Numbered from the stretch's first letter, positions 29,002-38,570 are shown. The stretch: DNA of 64,000 bases from an uncultured Candidatus Rokubacteria bacterium (GCA_963771355.1 CAVYTA010000006.1:1696001-1760000), one strand, 5' to 3'. A program made the numbers and translations. Notes: generated from the letters alone by a model not told the origin.

Positions 29002-30315
29002 ATGGATAAGACCGCTCCCCGCAGTCCCCAGCGCCGCCGTTTCCTTCGCACCGCCGCCGGCACAACGGCCGGGATGGCCTCGTGGCTCGCCCTCGGTCGC
29101 GCCCCCGCCCACGCGCAGAAGCGGGAGCTGACGTTCCTCTCCTGGAACCACTTCGTGCCCGCCGCCGATGACGAGCTCCGCAAGCAGGCGGAGGCTTTCG
29201 GCAAGCAGGCGAACTGCACCGTCCGGGTCGACACCATGGCTCACCTCCAGATGCCCGCCAAGATCGCGGCGGAGGCCCAGTCGCAGTCGGGCCATGACAT
29301 GTTCCGGTCGGCGCTCTCCGACCCGTTCCTCTTCGAGAACCAGCTCGCGAATGTGGACGATGTCGTCGAGAAGCTCGCCAAGCAATACGGCGGCATGTAC
29401 CCGTTCTGCGCCGAGGCGAATAAAGCTAGTTCGGGCTGGAAGGCGATGCCCTGGTTCTGGGTCTCCTTCCCGGCCACCTATAACCAAGCCCACTTCAAGA
29501 AGGCCGGATTCGACACGCATCCCAAGACCTGGGACGAGCTGCTGAAGATGGGCAAGGTCCTCAAGAAGCAGGGCAACCCGGTGGGTATCCCGATCAGCCA
29601 CTGCTCGGACGCGCATTCGACCTACTGGTCGGTGGCGTGGTCGCAGGGGGCCAAGGTCCTCGAGGCCGACGGCAAGACCCCCGCCATCAACTCCGACAAG
29701 ACCGCCCAGGTCATCGAGTGGTACAAGGAACTCTACAAGGACGCCATGGAGCCGGAGGTCCTGTCCTGGGACGACGCCGGAAATAACCGCTTCATCCTCT
29801 CCGGCAAGGGGTCCTGGATCCACAATCCGGTCAGTCCGTACAACGCGGCCCTGAAGGAGAAGATGCCGATCGCCGACGAGATCAACCACCACAATAGCCC
29901 GTCGGGGCCGGCGGGTGCTCACTCGGCGCCGCCCATTCTGGGCATCGCAACCTGGAAGTTCTCGAAGAACCAGGAGCTGGCGAAGGAGTTCATCCAGTTT
30001 CTGTTCCGGAAGGAGAACTACGACGCCTGGATCGTGGCGTCGAACGCGTTCAACCATCCGCCGCTCAAGCACCTGTCCGACCACCCCATCTGGGCCAAGA
30101 ACCCCAAGTTCGCCATGCTGCCCAAGGAGGCGGAGTTTGCCCATCCGCGCGGCTGGCCGGCCAAGCCCAACGATGCAGTCCAGCGCATCGACAACAACTA
30201 CGTCATGGCCGACATGGTGGCCAAGGCCATCAACGGTATGCCGACCAAGCGGGCCATGGACTGGGGGCAGGAGCAGGTCGCCCTCGCCATCAAGGGTCAG
30301 CTCAAGGCCAGCTAG
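29002..30315 (+). CDS. CUT1 ABC substrate-binding protein with a Tat signal
   Basis: QRRRFLRTAAG; PKTWDELL; WDDAGNNRF. Paralogous to 16452-17801. Confidence 0.9.
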   Translation: MDKTAPRSPQRRRFLRTAAGTTAGMASWLALGRAPAHAQKRELTFLSWNHFVPAADDELRKQAEAFGKQANCTVRVDTMAHLQMPAKIAAEAQSQSGHDMFRSALSDPFLFENQLANVDDVVEKLAKQYGGMYPFCAEANKASSGWKAMPWFWVSFPATYNQAHFKKAGFDTHPKTWDELLKMGKVLKKQGNPVGIPISHCSDAHSTYWSVAWSQGAKVLEADGKTPAINSDKTAQVIEWYKELYKDAMEPEVLSWDDAGNNRFILSGKGSWIHNPVSPYNAALKEKMPIADEINHHNSPSGPAGAHSAPPILGIATWKFSKNQELAKEFIQFLFRKENYDAWIVASNAFNHPPLKHLSDHPIWAKNPKFAMLPKEAEFAHPRGWPAKPNDAVQRIDNNYVMADMVAKAINGMPTKRAMDWGQEQVALAIKGQLKAS

Positions 30316-31254
30316 ATGGCCGTCGGTCCCCGGTTTCTAGAGGAAGCCGGCCCGCAGGAGGCCGGCTTCCTCTCGCGACTGCGCGAGTGGTGGGAGCGCG
30401 AGGAGGTTTTTGGCTATGGCCTCATCCTTCCCGCACTCGTGCTGCTTGTCGCGCTGGTGGCGTTCCCGTTCGGGATGGCCATCTACTTCAGCCTCTCCGA
30501 CTACTGGGTGGGCTCACCGGGCGCCTTCGTCGGCCTCGACAATTACCGCGCGATCCTCGGGAACGAGGTCTTCCGCCAGACCGTCCAGAATTCCTTCGTC
30601 TTCACCGCCATCGCCCTGACCCTGAAGACGGTGCTCGGCGTCTGGCTTGCCGTCCTCCTCGCCCGACCTGTCCGCTTCAAGCGCCTCATCCGCGGCGCCA
30701 TCTTGCTGCCCTTCGTCATCCCCACCGCGCTGTCCACGTTGGGCTGGTGGTGGATGTTCGACTCGCTGTATAGCGTGGTGAACTGGACGGCCATCCGGTT
30801 CGGCCTCATGAGCGCGCCCGGTCCTAACTGGCTCGGGCAGGCCGAGTACGCGATGGCCGCGGTGATTGCCGTGAACGTATGGCGGGGGCTCCCGTTCTTC
30901 GCCATCACCACGCTCGCCGGCCTGGTGGCGGTGCCCAGGGAGTACTACGAGGCGGCGGAGGTGGACGGAGCGGGGGCGTGGAACCGGTTCTGGCTCGTCA
31001 CCCTCCCGTTGCTCAAGCCCGTGCTCGCGGTGGTGATTCTCTTCTCGACCATCTTCACCTTCTCCGACTTCAACATCGTCTACGTCCTCACGCGCGGCGG
31101 GCCGATGAACACCACCCACCTCTTCGCCACCCTTGCCTATCAGGTCGGTCTGAACGGCGGCAACCTCGGCCAGGGCGCTGCCATCGCCCTCTTCATCTTC
31201 CCGCTCCTCGGCGCGGTGGTCTTCTTCCAGCTCCGCTACGTTCGCAAGGATTGA
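30316..31254 (+). CDS. CUT1 ABC permease (MalF-like)
   Basis: FVGLDNY, LLPFVIP, YEAAEVDGA, LTRGGP. Confidence 0.92.
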   Translation: MAVGPRFLEEAGPQEAGFLSRLREWWEREEVFGYGLILPALVLLVALVAFPFGMAIYFSLSDYWVGSPGAFVGLDNYRAILGNEVFRQTVQNSFVFTAIALTLKTVLGVWLAVLLARPVRFKRLIRGAILLPFVIPTALSTLGWWWMFDSLYSVVNWTAIRFGLMSAPGPNWLGQAEYAMAAVIAVNVWRGLPFFAITTLAGLVAVPREYYEAAEVDGAGAWNRFWLVTLPLLKPVLAVVILFSTIFTFSDFNIVYVLTRGGPMNTTHLFATLAYQVGLNGGNLGQGAAIALFIFPLLGAVVFFQLRYVRKD

Positions 31255-31256
31255 CC

Positions 31257-32114
31257 GTGGCCACCGCCCGGAACCGCGGCGCGACGATCCGCTACAACGC
31301 CTTCACCTACGCCAACCTGGCGCCGTTCGTCTTCTTCGCGCTGTTCCCCTTCTATTTCATGTTCGTCACGTCGTTCAAGTCGAACGCCGAGCTGTACAAC
31401 CTGAAGTCGGTCCCGTTCTGGGTCCAGACCGGCGTCATCACCGACCACTACACCTACCTCTTCATGAAGACGGACTTCCTCGTCTGGATCAAGAACAGCC
31501 TCCTCATCAGCGTGGTGGCCACCAGCGTGTCGATCGTCCTGTCCATCCTCGCCGGCTACAGCCTCTCGCGGCTCCGCTTCCGCGGAGCAGGCTCCTTCGG
31601 GTTGGCGGTCTTCATCACCTACCTGGTTCCGCCCACCCTTCTGTTCCTCCCGCTCTCCCAGGTCGTCAGCTGGCTGGGATTGTCGGACTCGATCTATGCC
31701 CTGATGGTCACCTACCCGACCTTCCTCGTCCCCTTCTGCACCTGGCTCCTCATGGGTTACTTCCGCACGGTGCCGCGCGAGGTGGAGGAGTGCGCCCTGG
31801 TCGACGGGGCCACCCGCATGCAGACGCTCTTCCGCATCGTGCTGCCCATGGCGGTGCCGGGGATCATCTGCGCGCTGCTCTTCTCGTTCACCCTCTGCTG
31901 GAACGAGTTCACGTACGCGCTGACCTTCATCTCCCAGTCGGCGAACAAGACCGCGGTGGTGGGGGTCACCGCGGACCTCATCCGCGGCGACATCTACTAC
32001 TGGGGATCACTGATGGCGGGGGCGGTGCTGGCCAGCGTGCCGGTGGTGGTGGTCTACGTGCTCTTCCTCGACTACTACGTCACCGGTCTCACCGCCGGCG
32101 CCGTGAAGGGCTAG
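31257..32114 (+). CDS. CUT1 ABC permease (MalG-like)
   Basis: AGYSLSRLRF, VPREVEECALVDGA, WNEF, GAVKG. Start is GTG 31257 or TTG 31251. Confidence 0.92.
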   Translation: MATARNRGATIRYNAFTYANLAPFVFFALFPFYFMFVTSFKSNAELYNLKSVPFWVQTGVITDHYTYLFMKTDFLVWIKNSLLISVVATSVSIVLSILAGYSLSRLRFRGAGSFGLAVFITYLVPPTLLFLPLSQVVSWLGLSDSIYALMVTYPTFLVPFCTWLLMGYFRTVPREVEECALVDGATRMQTLFRIVLPMAVPGIICALLFSFTLCWNEFTYALTFISQSANKTAVVGVTADLIRGDIYYWGSLMAGAVLASVPVVVVYVLFLDYYVTGLTAGAVKG

Positions 32115-32149
32115 CCGCTCACGCGGAGTCACCCCGCCGGGCGGGTCCG

Positions 32150-32201
32150 TCACTCTCAATCACAAAGTACTTGACAGACGATAGCCCCGCCGGGCTATCC
32201 T
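32150..32201 (+). promoter_or_regulatory. Operator (ACTcT-N7-AAAGT) abutting the promoter of the wHTH operon
   Basis: tcACTCT-caatcac-AAAGTAC directly followed by TTGACA (32171), with TATCCT at 32196. Matches the site at 33260. Confidence 0.65.
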
Positions 32202-32206
32202 GGGCC

Positions 32207-32821
32207 GTGACCTTCCTCTCCACGACGCCTGCCCCCCCGCCCGAGCCGCCCGCCCTCCACGACCGCGCCCTCGAGGACCTCCGCTTCATCCGCGCGACGA
32301 TGGAGAACGCCTCCGCGTTCACCGCCTTCTCGGGGCCGGGTCTGGTGGCGATCGGCCTCATCGGCGGGACGGTGGGCCTGCTCGCCGCCCGCGAGCCGCG
32401 GCCGCAGCGGTGGCTCGCGCTATGGCTCGGGGCCGCGGCGGCGTCGCTCGCCGTCGCCGCGCTGTCGACCCTGTGGAAGGCGCGCGCCGCCGGCCAGCCG
32501 CTCGTGTCGGGACCCCTGAGGAAGTTCGGGCTGGCCCTCGCGCCGCCCGTCCTCGCCGGGGCCATCCTCACCGCGGTGCTCGGGCGCGCAGGGCTGTATG
32601 CCTTGCTGCCGGGGCTCTGGCTGCTCCTCTACGGCACCGGGCTCGTGACCGGCGGGGCCTTCTCCGTCCGGATCGTCCCCCTGGTCGGGGCTGGATTCAT
32701 GGTCCTCGGCGTCACCGCCCTGTTTCTCGCGCCGTCGTGGACCGCGGAGCTCATGATCGCGGGCTTCGGAGGACTGCACGTGACCTTCGGCCTGCTCGTC
32801 GCGAGGCGGTACGGTGGCTGA
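32207..32821 (+). CDS. Conserved membrane protein (about 6 TM), partner of the wHTH regulator
   Basis: LHDRALEDLRFIRATME..FT, WLLLYG, GFGGLH..G..ARRYGG. GTG start. Confidence 0.8.
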   Translation: MTFLSTTPAPPPEPPALHDRALEDLRFIRATMENASAFTAFSGPGLVAIGLIGGTVGLLAAREPRPQRWLALWLGAAAASLAVAALSTLWKARAAGQPLVSGPLRKFGLALAPPVLAGAILTAVLGRAGLYALLPGLWLLLYGTGLVTGGAFSVRIVPLVGAGFMVLGVTALFLAPSWTAELMIAGFGGLHVTFGLLVARRYGG

Positions 32822-33227
32822 GTCGAATGCCGCACGGCGGGGGCGCGGGGCCGTCGAGGGTACCCCCGCTTCCCCGCGGAAGCGCGCGCCCGCCGCGGCG
32901 GCGGCCGCGCGACCCGGTCGTGCCGGCGGTTCGCTCGATCACCTCATTCACCACCGGATGCGGCTGGGCATGGTGAGCGCGCTCGCCGCCGCCGAGACCC
33001 TCACCTTCAACGAGCTCAAGGCGGTGCTGGGCGCCACCGACGGCAACCTCAGCGTCCACGCGCGCAAGCTCGAGGAGGCCGGCTACGTGACGTGCACCAA
33101 GAGCTTCGACGGGCGGCGCCCCCGGACGGAGTATCGGTTGAGCCCGTCGGGACGCCGCGAGCTCGGCCGGTACGTCAACCACATGGAGGCCCTCATCCGC
33201 GTGACGCGCGACACCCTCGGACGCTGA
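32814..33227 (+). CDS. Winged-helix transcriptional regulator (HTH_34/ArsR-MarR-like)
   Basis: LDHLIHHRMRLG, FNELK, TDGNLSVHARKLEEAGYV, KSF.GRRPRTEYRL. Confidence 0.9.
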   Translation: MAESNAARRGRGAVEGTPASPRKRAPAAAAAARPGRAGGSLDHLIHHRMRLGMVSALAAAETLTFNELKAVLGATDGNLSVHARKLEEAGYVTCTKSFDGRRPRTEYRLSPSGRRELGRYVNHMEALIRVTRDTLGR

Positions 33228-33259
33228 GACTCCCGGGCCCGCCAAATTTTTTTGGAGGT

Positions 33260-33280
33260 GTACTTTGATATGAAAAGTAC
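33260..33280. promoter_or_regulatory. Palindromic operator overlapping the uppS start codon
   Basis: GTACTTT-gatatga-AAAGTAC with perfect 7-bp arms. It is an AT-rich island in GC-rich DNA. Confidence 0.72.
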
Positions 33281-34013
33281 TTCTGATTCATGCGCGCCGG
33301 CGCCCTTCCACGTGGCGATCATCATGGACGGCAATGGTCGATGGGCCGCCGCGCGGGGCCTCGCGCGGGTCGAGGGGCACCGCCGTGGGGTCGCAGCGGT
33401 ACGGCGCGTCGTGCAGGCCGCGCCCGCCCTCGGGATCCACACGCTGACGCTCTACGCCTTCTCCGCCGACAACTGGAAGCGGCCGGGGCCCGAGGTCGGC
33501 CGCTTGATGGGTCTCTTCCTCGCCTATCTCCGGCGCGAGGCCCCCCGCCTGCGCGAGGAGGACGTGCGGCTCTCCGTGATCGGGCGCCGGGACCGGCTGC
33601 CCGGCGCGCTGCCCTCCGCCATCGCCGCCGTCGAGACGCTGACCGCGGGCGGACGCCGGCTCGAGCTCCGGATCGCCATCGACTACTCGGCTCGCGTCGC
33701 CATCCTGCGCGCGGCGGCGGGGCTCGGCGACGCCACCGCGGCGGGACGGCTGGAGTTCGAGCGTCGGCTCGCCGAGGCGGGTGGAGGTCCGCCCGACGTG
33801 GATCTCCTCGTCCGCACCGGCGGCGAGCAGCGCCTCAGCGATTTCCTCCTGTGGGAGAGCGCGTACGCGGAGCTCTACTTCACGCCGCGGATGTGGCCTG
33901 ACTTCGGCCCCGCCGATCTCGCGGAGGCCGTGCGGGCGTTCCGGGCCCGTGAGCGCCGCTTCGGCAGCCTCCCCGCCGCCGCTCCGGCCGCCGTCGGAGA
34001 GCTCGCGCGATGA
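33270..34013 (+). CDS. uppS: cis-prenyltransferase (undecaprenyl-diphosphate synthase family), probably an accessory paralogue
   Basis: HVAIIMDGNGRWA, GHRRG, LYAFSADNWKRP, DLLVRTGGEQRLSDFLLWE, WPDF, RERRFG. Confidence 0.92.
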   Translation: MKSTSDSCAPAPFHVAIIMDGNGRWAAARGLARVEGHRRGVAAVRRVVQAAPALGIHTLTLYAFSADNWKRPGPEVGRLMGLFLAYLRREAPRLREEDVRLSVIGRRDRLPGALPSAIAAVETLTAGGRRLELRIAIDYSARVAILRAAAGLGDATAAGRLEFERRLAEAGGGPPDVDLLVRTGGEQRLSDFLLWESAYAELYFTPRMWPDFGPADLAEAVRAFRARERRFGSLPAAAPAAVGELAR

Positions 34014-35485
34014 CCTCCGTGCGCACTCTGTGGGCCGCCGCGCTCGTCTTCGCCACCCTCGGAACATGGCTCCTCTTCAAGGCTTCCATCGGCCTGAACT
34101 GGTCGCTCGTCTCACTCCTGTCGGCCCTGGGGCTCGGCCTGTTCCTGCGCCTGGGCGGACACCGTCCGTCGCCGGCGGTGGGAGCCCTGCTCGCCGGCGT
34201 GGCCGTTGCGGGCGGGGCGGCCGCGCTGACCGCCAACTCCGTCTTCCATGCGGGGGTGGCCCTCGCCGACCTGCTCCTCCTCTCCACGGCTCTCCTCCTC
34301 TCCACTGCCCCAGAACTCCCCTCCCTGGTCCGAGTCCCCCTCGTGGCGGTGGCCCGCGGCGTCGCGGAGGCAGTTCGGCGGTGCGGGGAGCTGCTCGACG
34401 CGCTCACCGCCGTCCGACACCGGGCGACCGTCAGGGGCAGCATCGCCGCGGGCGGCATCGTGGTGGTCTTCGGCTGGATCCTCGCGGGAGCCGATCCCGT
34501 TCTCGCGGCGATCCGCGACACCCTGCTCGAAGCCCTCGAGCGGGTCGATCTCGTCCCGCGCCTGGTGTTCTTCGTCGTCCTCGCGGTGGGAAGCCTCGGA
34601 GGCTTCGGGCTCGCGCTGCGCGAGACGGCCGCCGTGCTCGAGGCTCCCGCCCGGCCAGCGCCGCGCGCCCTCGCCACCGACACCGAGCGGCTCATCGTGC
34701 TGACCGCGGTGGTGGGACTCTTCGCCACCTTCCTGCTTCTGCAGCTCTCCTACCTCTTCGGCAATCCGCCCGCGCTTGCGGGCAGTGGCATCACGTTCGC
34801 GGAGTACGCCCGCCGGGGATTCGGCGAGCTGACGGTGGTGGTCACCCTCTCCACCCTGCTGGTCCTCGCGCTCGACCGGCATGCGCTCCGCGGCCCTCTC
34901 GACCGGCGGGTGCGACTGCTCGAGCTGGCGCTCGTCCTCGAGCTCGAGCTGCTCCTCGTGTCGGCCTTCCGCCGCGTTTGGCTATACGAGACGGCGTACG
35001 GATTCACGACCGCGCGCCTGTACGCGCAGACCTACATGATCGCCCTCGCCCCGCTTCTCTTGCTGCTCGCGCGCGACGCGCTCCGCGGTCGCCACGACGC
35101 GCGGCGCCTCGCCCGGCGCGCAGCGGTCGCGGCGCTCCTCGCCTTCTTCGCCCTCGTGTACGGCAACCACGAAGCGTGGATCGCGGAGTGGAATCTCGCT
35201 CGGCACCGCGCGACCGGCCAGCTGGACGTCCCCTACCTTGTGTGGTCGCTCTCGCTCGACGCGGTGCCCGTCCTCGTCCGGGCGCTCGAGGCCTTGCCGC
35301 CCAAGGAGCGGGAAGATCTCCGCCGCCGCCTGCACGAGCGCTACCGCGGGGAGCGGGGGCCCAAGGCGTGCCGGTGGTACGAGTGGAACTGGCGGGCGGG
35401 GCGGGCGGGGAGGGCGCTGGAGTCGACGGGCCTCGTCGGCCCCCTCCCGCCGCAGGCCCCGCCGCCCCGCTGCGTCACCTTCTAA
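34010..35485 (+). CDS. DUF4153/DUF4173 membrane protein
   Basis: GADPV, LQLSYLFG, TFAEYARRGFGEL, SAFRR..LYE.AYGFT..RLY, LSLDAVP. Confidence 0.85.
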   Translation: MTSVRTLWAAALVFATLGTWLLFKASIGLNWSLVSLLSALGLGLFLRLGGHRPSPAVGALLAGVAVAGGAAALTANSVFHAGVALADLLLLSTALLLSTAPELPSLVRVPLVAVARGVAEAVRRCGELLDALTAVRHRATVRGSIAAGGIVVVFGWILAGADPVLAAIRDTLLEALERVDLVPRLVFFVVLAVGSLGGFGLALRETAAVLEAPARPAPRALATDTERLIVLTAVVGLFATFLLLQLSYLFGNPPALAGSGITFAEYARRGFGELTVVVTLSTLLVLALDRHALRGPLDRRVRLLELALVLELELLLVSAFRRVWLYETAYGFTTARLYAQTYMIALAPLLLLLARDALRGRHDARRLARRAAVAALLAFFALVYGNHEAWIAEWNLARHRATGQLDVPYLVWSLSLDAVPVLVRALEALPPKEREDLRRRLHERYRGERGPKACRWYEWNWRAGRAGRALESTGLVGPLPPQAPPPRCVTF

Positions 35486-35510
35486 AGTGGGCGGGCGGAC
35501 TCGGCGCCGA

Positions 35511-36020
35511 TCAGCCGCTCTCGGCGAGCGCGAGGAGCTCACGCGGCCGGAAGTGATAGAGCAGCGTGCCCGCTCCCGCGACGGGACGCCCCTTGAAGTC
35601 CAGCCCCGCCACTCCGCTCTTCCGCATCTCGATCCGCACCGGGCCCCCGCGCGAGATGAGGGCGGCCTCCGCCTCGGACAGGAAGGGCTCGTGCCCGACG
35701 CACAGCACGGCGGCGTCCGCGGGGAGCCGGGCGAGGGCGGCAAGAAGATCGGCAAGCGTGGCACGGTCGCCCAGCGCGGGAGTTTCCTCGATGGCGGGGG
35801 CGCCGCCGTACACCGCGGCAATGATGTCGGCCGTCTGGCGGGCGCGCACGAGGGGGCTCGAGAGCAGCCGATCGAAGCGCACGCCCATGCGCCGGAGCGC
35901 GTCGGCCACCACCGCGTGCTTGCGCCGGCCCTTGTCGGAGAGCGGCCGCTGGCGATCGTCGGGCCACCGGCGGGGATCCGCCTCGCCGGCATGAGCATGA
36001 CGCATGAGGATGAGCCTCAT
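35511..36020 (-). CDS. sixA: Phosphohistidine phosphatase SixA family
   Basis: LILMRHAHA, RPLSDKG, SSPLVRARQTA, VGHEP. Confidence 0.9.
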   Translation of the reverse strand: MRLILMRHAHAGEADPRRWPDDRQRPLSDKGRRKHAVVADALRRMGVRFDRLLSSPLVRARQTADIIAAVYGGAPAIEETPALGDRATLADLLAALARLPADAAVLCVGHEPFLSEAEAALISRGGPVRIEMRKSGVAGLDFKGRPVAGAGTLLYHFRPRELLALAESG

Positions 36021-36167
36021 CGGCGCGGCGCCTCCATCCGGGAAAGGTGAACGGCGGGCCCGCGGCGCGGTGACCCCGGGCGAACGCGACGCTACTATCG
36101 GGGCGCCGCGCTGTCAACCAATGGCGGCCTCGCCGCCGGGGCGGAGCGTGGGTGTTATGCTGCGGCG

Positions 36168-36545
36168 ATGCGATCGCGCTGGCTGCTCATCATCTTCGGC
36201 CCGGCGCTGTTCATGCTCCTGGGCAGTCTGGCGGCGATGGTGTTCCTCCCACACCCGGTACCCCGCACCGCCACCCCCGCCCAGCGCCTGTACCTTTCCA
36301 ACTGCGCCACCTGTCACGGCGCCCGCGGCGACGGGTCCTGGCGGGCGACCGTCTTCCTCATGCGGCCCGGCGATCTCACCGACGCGCGCAGGATGGACGC
36401 GCTCAGCGACGAGTACCTCTACACCCTGATCAAGAACGGGGGCGCCGCCTTGGGCAAGCCCGGCATGCCCGCGTTCGGCTATCACTTGAGCGACGAGCAG
36501 ATCCGCGAGCTGATCCGCTATCTCCGGACGCTGCCGCGGCGTTGA
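36168..36545 (+). CDS. Membrane-anchored monohaem cytochrome c
   Basis: N-terminal TM segment, CATCHG, distal MPAFG. Confidence 0.88.
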   Translation: MRSRWLLIIFGPALFMLLGSLAAMVFLPHPVPRTATPAQRLYLSNCATCHGARGDGSWRATVFLMRPGDLTDARRMDALSDEYLYTLIKNGGAALGKPGMPAFGYHLSDEQIRELIRYLRTLPRR

Positions 36546-36585
36546 ACCTGGACTCCACGGCCGCCATCTGGTAGAAACGGAGCCA

Positions 36586-38178
36586 ATGCGCCGAGCCGCT
36601 GGCCCCCGTCCCGCCGGCCGCTTCACCCTGGTCGTCGCGCTCGGGACGGCATTGCTGCTCGCGCTCACCTCCCCGGCGCGCGCCCAGCAAAGTGAAGCCG
36701 ACGTCTTCGTCGCCCAGGCCATTCTCGCGTACGAGGACCGCCGCTACGACGAAGCCCTTGCCTTCCTCCGCCAGGCCCTCGCCCAGGACCCCGACAACCT
36801 GGACGCGCTCTACTACACCGGCCTCACCCTGTTCGCCCAGCGCAAACCTGCGGAGGCGGTGGTCCCTCTGGAACGGGCGCGCCGGCGGGCCCCCAACGAC
36901 CTCGCCCTCCTCTACCAGCTCGGCGTGGCCTATTTCTCGCTGAAGGACTACGACCGCGCGGAGGAGCCGCTCACCACCGTCTTCCGCGCGCAGCCCCAGG
37001 CGGACGGAGTGGGGTACTACGTGGGCTTCATGCGCTACCGGAAGCGCGACTACCGGGGCGCGCTGGAGGCGCTGCGCGCGGGGGCGTCCGACGATCCCGA
37101 CATCCAGCAGCTCTCCCGCTTCTACGCGGGGCTCTCGCTCGCCGCCCTCGGAGAGCGCGATGCCGCGGTGGCCGAGGTGCAGGAGGCGCTGCGCATACAA
37201 TCCACCTCCGCGCTGGCCGGCCCCGCCGAGCGCCTGCGCGACACCGTGCTCGCGCCTCGCCGGCGCGACCAGCGGCTGCAGGTCGAGCTCCGCGCCGGCC
37301 TGACCTATGACACCAACGTGATGGTGCTCCCCAACCCCAGCCACGACCCCATCGCGGAGGCGACGCGGGAGAGGCGGGACGAGCAGTCGAGCTTGGGCGA
37401 GCTCTTCAGCGCGCGGTTCGAGTACACCTTTCTTCGCACCGGCCCCTGGGAAGCCAGCGTCGGGTACCAGTTCTTCCAGCTCATCTACAACGATCTGCCG
37501 AGCTTCAATATCCAGAGCCACCTGGGCACCGTGGCCGGCTCCTATACCGGTAAGGTCGGCGACATGCCCTGGCAAGCGGCGGTGTCCTACGCCTACGACT
37601 ACACGACGCTCGACGACGACGAGTTCCTCCAGCGGCATACCGTGGGGCTGGTCGGGGTCCTGGTGGAGGGGCCGGTGAACCTCACCGCGCTGCAGTTCCG
37701 CTACCAGCACAAGGATTTCTCCAACAAGGGCACCCTCCTGGCCTCCGACGTCCGCGACGCCAACAACTGGATGGGGGGGGTGCTTCACGTCTTTCGCTTT
37801 GCGGGCGACCGGCACCTGGTACGGGTGGGCTATCAGCTCGACGCGGAGTACGCGACGGGACTGCCTTTCAACTATCTGGGCCATCGGGCCATCGTGGGCG
37901 GCCAGTACACCCTGCCCTGGTGGGGCACCCGCCTCCGCTACGACTTCGACGTCCACTTCCGGGACTACCAGCACTTCAGCGCGATCTTCCCCACGAACTC
38001 GCCCACCAAGAAAGAGCGCGCGGACGTGGAGCAGACTCACGTCGTGCGCATCGAGCAGCCGCTGCCGGCGGGCTTCACGCTCGCTGCGGAATATCAGGGA
38101 ATCATCGCGAAGTCGAACCTGCCCATCTTCAGCTACAACCGCAGCGTGCTTTCGCTGATCCTGTCCTGGCAGTACTAG
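36586..38178 (+). CDS. TPR-repeat protein with a C-terminal outer-membrane beta-barrel (DUF560/Slam-like architecture)
   Basis: Signal peptide, TPR-like helices (ALYYTG, LYQLGVAY), YDTNV barrel start, alternating beta pattern, terminal LSWQY. Confidence 0.72.
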   Translation: MRRAAGPRPAGRFTLVVALGTALLLALTSPARAQQSEADVFVAQAILAYEDRRYDEALAFLRQALAQDPDNLDALYYTGLTLFAQRKPAEAVVPLERARRRAPNDLALLYQLGVAYFSLKDYDRAEEPLTTVFRAQPQADGVGYYVGFMRYRKRDYRGALEALRAGASDDPDIQQLSRFYAGLSLAALGERDAAVAEVQEALRIQSTSALAGPAERLRDTVLAPRRRDQRLQVELRAGLTYDTNVMVLPNPSHDPIAEATRERRDEQSSLGELFSARFEYTFLRTGPWEASVGYQFFQLIYNDLPSFNIQSHLGTVAGSYTGKVGDMPWQAAVSYAYDYTTLDDDEFLQRHTVGLVGVLVEGPVNLTALQFRYQHKDFSNKGTLLASDVRDANNWMGGVLHVFRFAGDRHLVRVGYQLDAEYATGLPFNYLGHRAIVGGQYTLPWWGTRLRYDFDVHFRDYQHFSAIFPTNSPTKKERADVEQTHVVRIEQPLPAGFTLAAEYQGIIAKSNLPIFSYNRSVLSLILSWQY

Positions 38179-38234
38179 CGCCACGTCGTACCACAGCTCA
38201 CGCCGGACGGCCGTGCGCACGACGCCCTCCCGCG

Positions 38235-38570
38235 CTACTGGATCTTCTGGATGTCGACGAGGAGGAGCCGGTCGGCGGTGGTCCGGACGGTGAGACGCAC
38301 CCGATCGCCGGGTTTGAGCTGGGCGCGGTCGATCAGCTCCTTGGACTCCGCCATGAACACCATGGAATTCATCTCGTCCATGACCCCGGGGATGCGCTCG
38401 TGGCGCACGGAGATCATGAGGTCGGTGAGGCGAATCTCGTGGACGCCGCTGACGCGGTGGAGGCCCTGCCCCGGGAACGCCGCCCGGTAGGCACCCCAGA
38501 TGCCCGCCGCGAAGGCGGCGAGGAGCACGACGAAGAGGAGGGGGGCGACCCAGCCGCGCACCTGCGCCAT
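38235..38570 (-). CDS. CusF-like copper-binding OB-fold protein
   Basis: TM anchor, then HERIPGVMDEMNSMVF..LKPGDRVRL (His/Met metal motif). Confidence 0.7.
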   Translation of the reverse strand: MAQVRGWVAPLLFVVLLAAFAAGIWGAYRAAFPGQGLHRVSGVHEIRLTDLMISVRHERIPGVMDEMNSMVFMAESKELIDRAQLKPGDRVRLTVRTTADRLLLVDIQKIQ

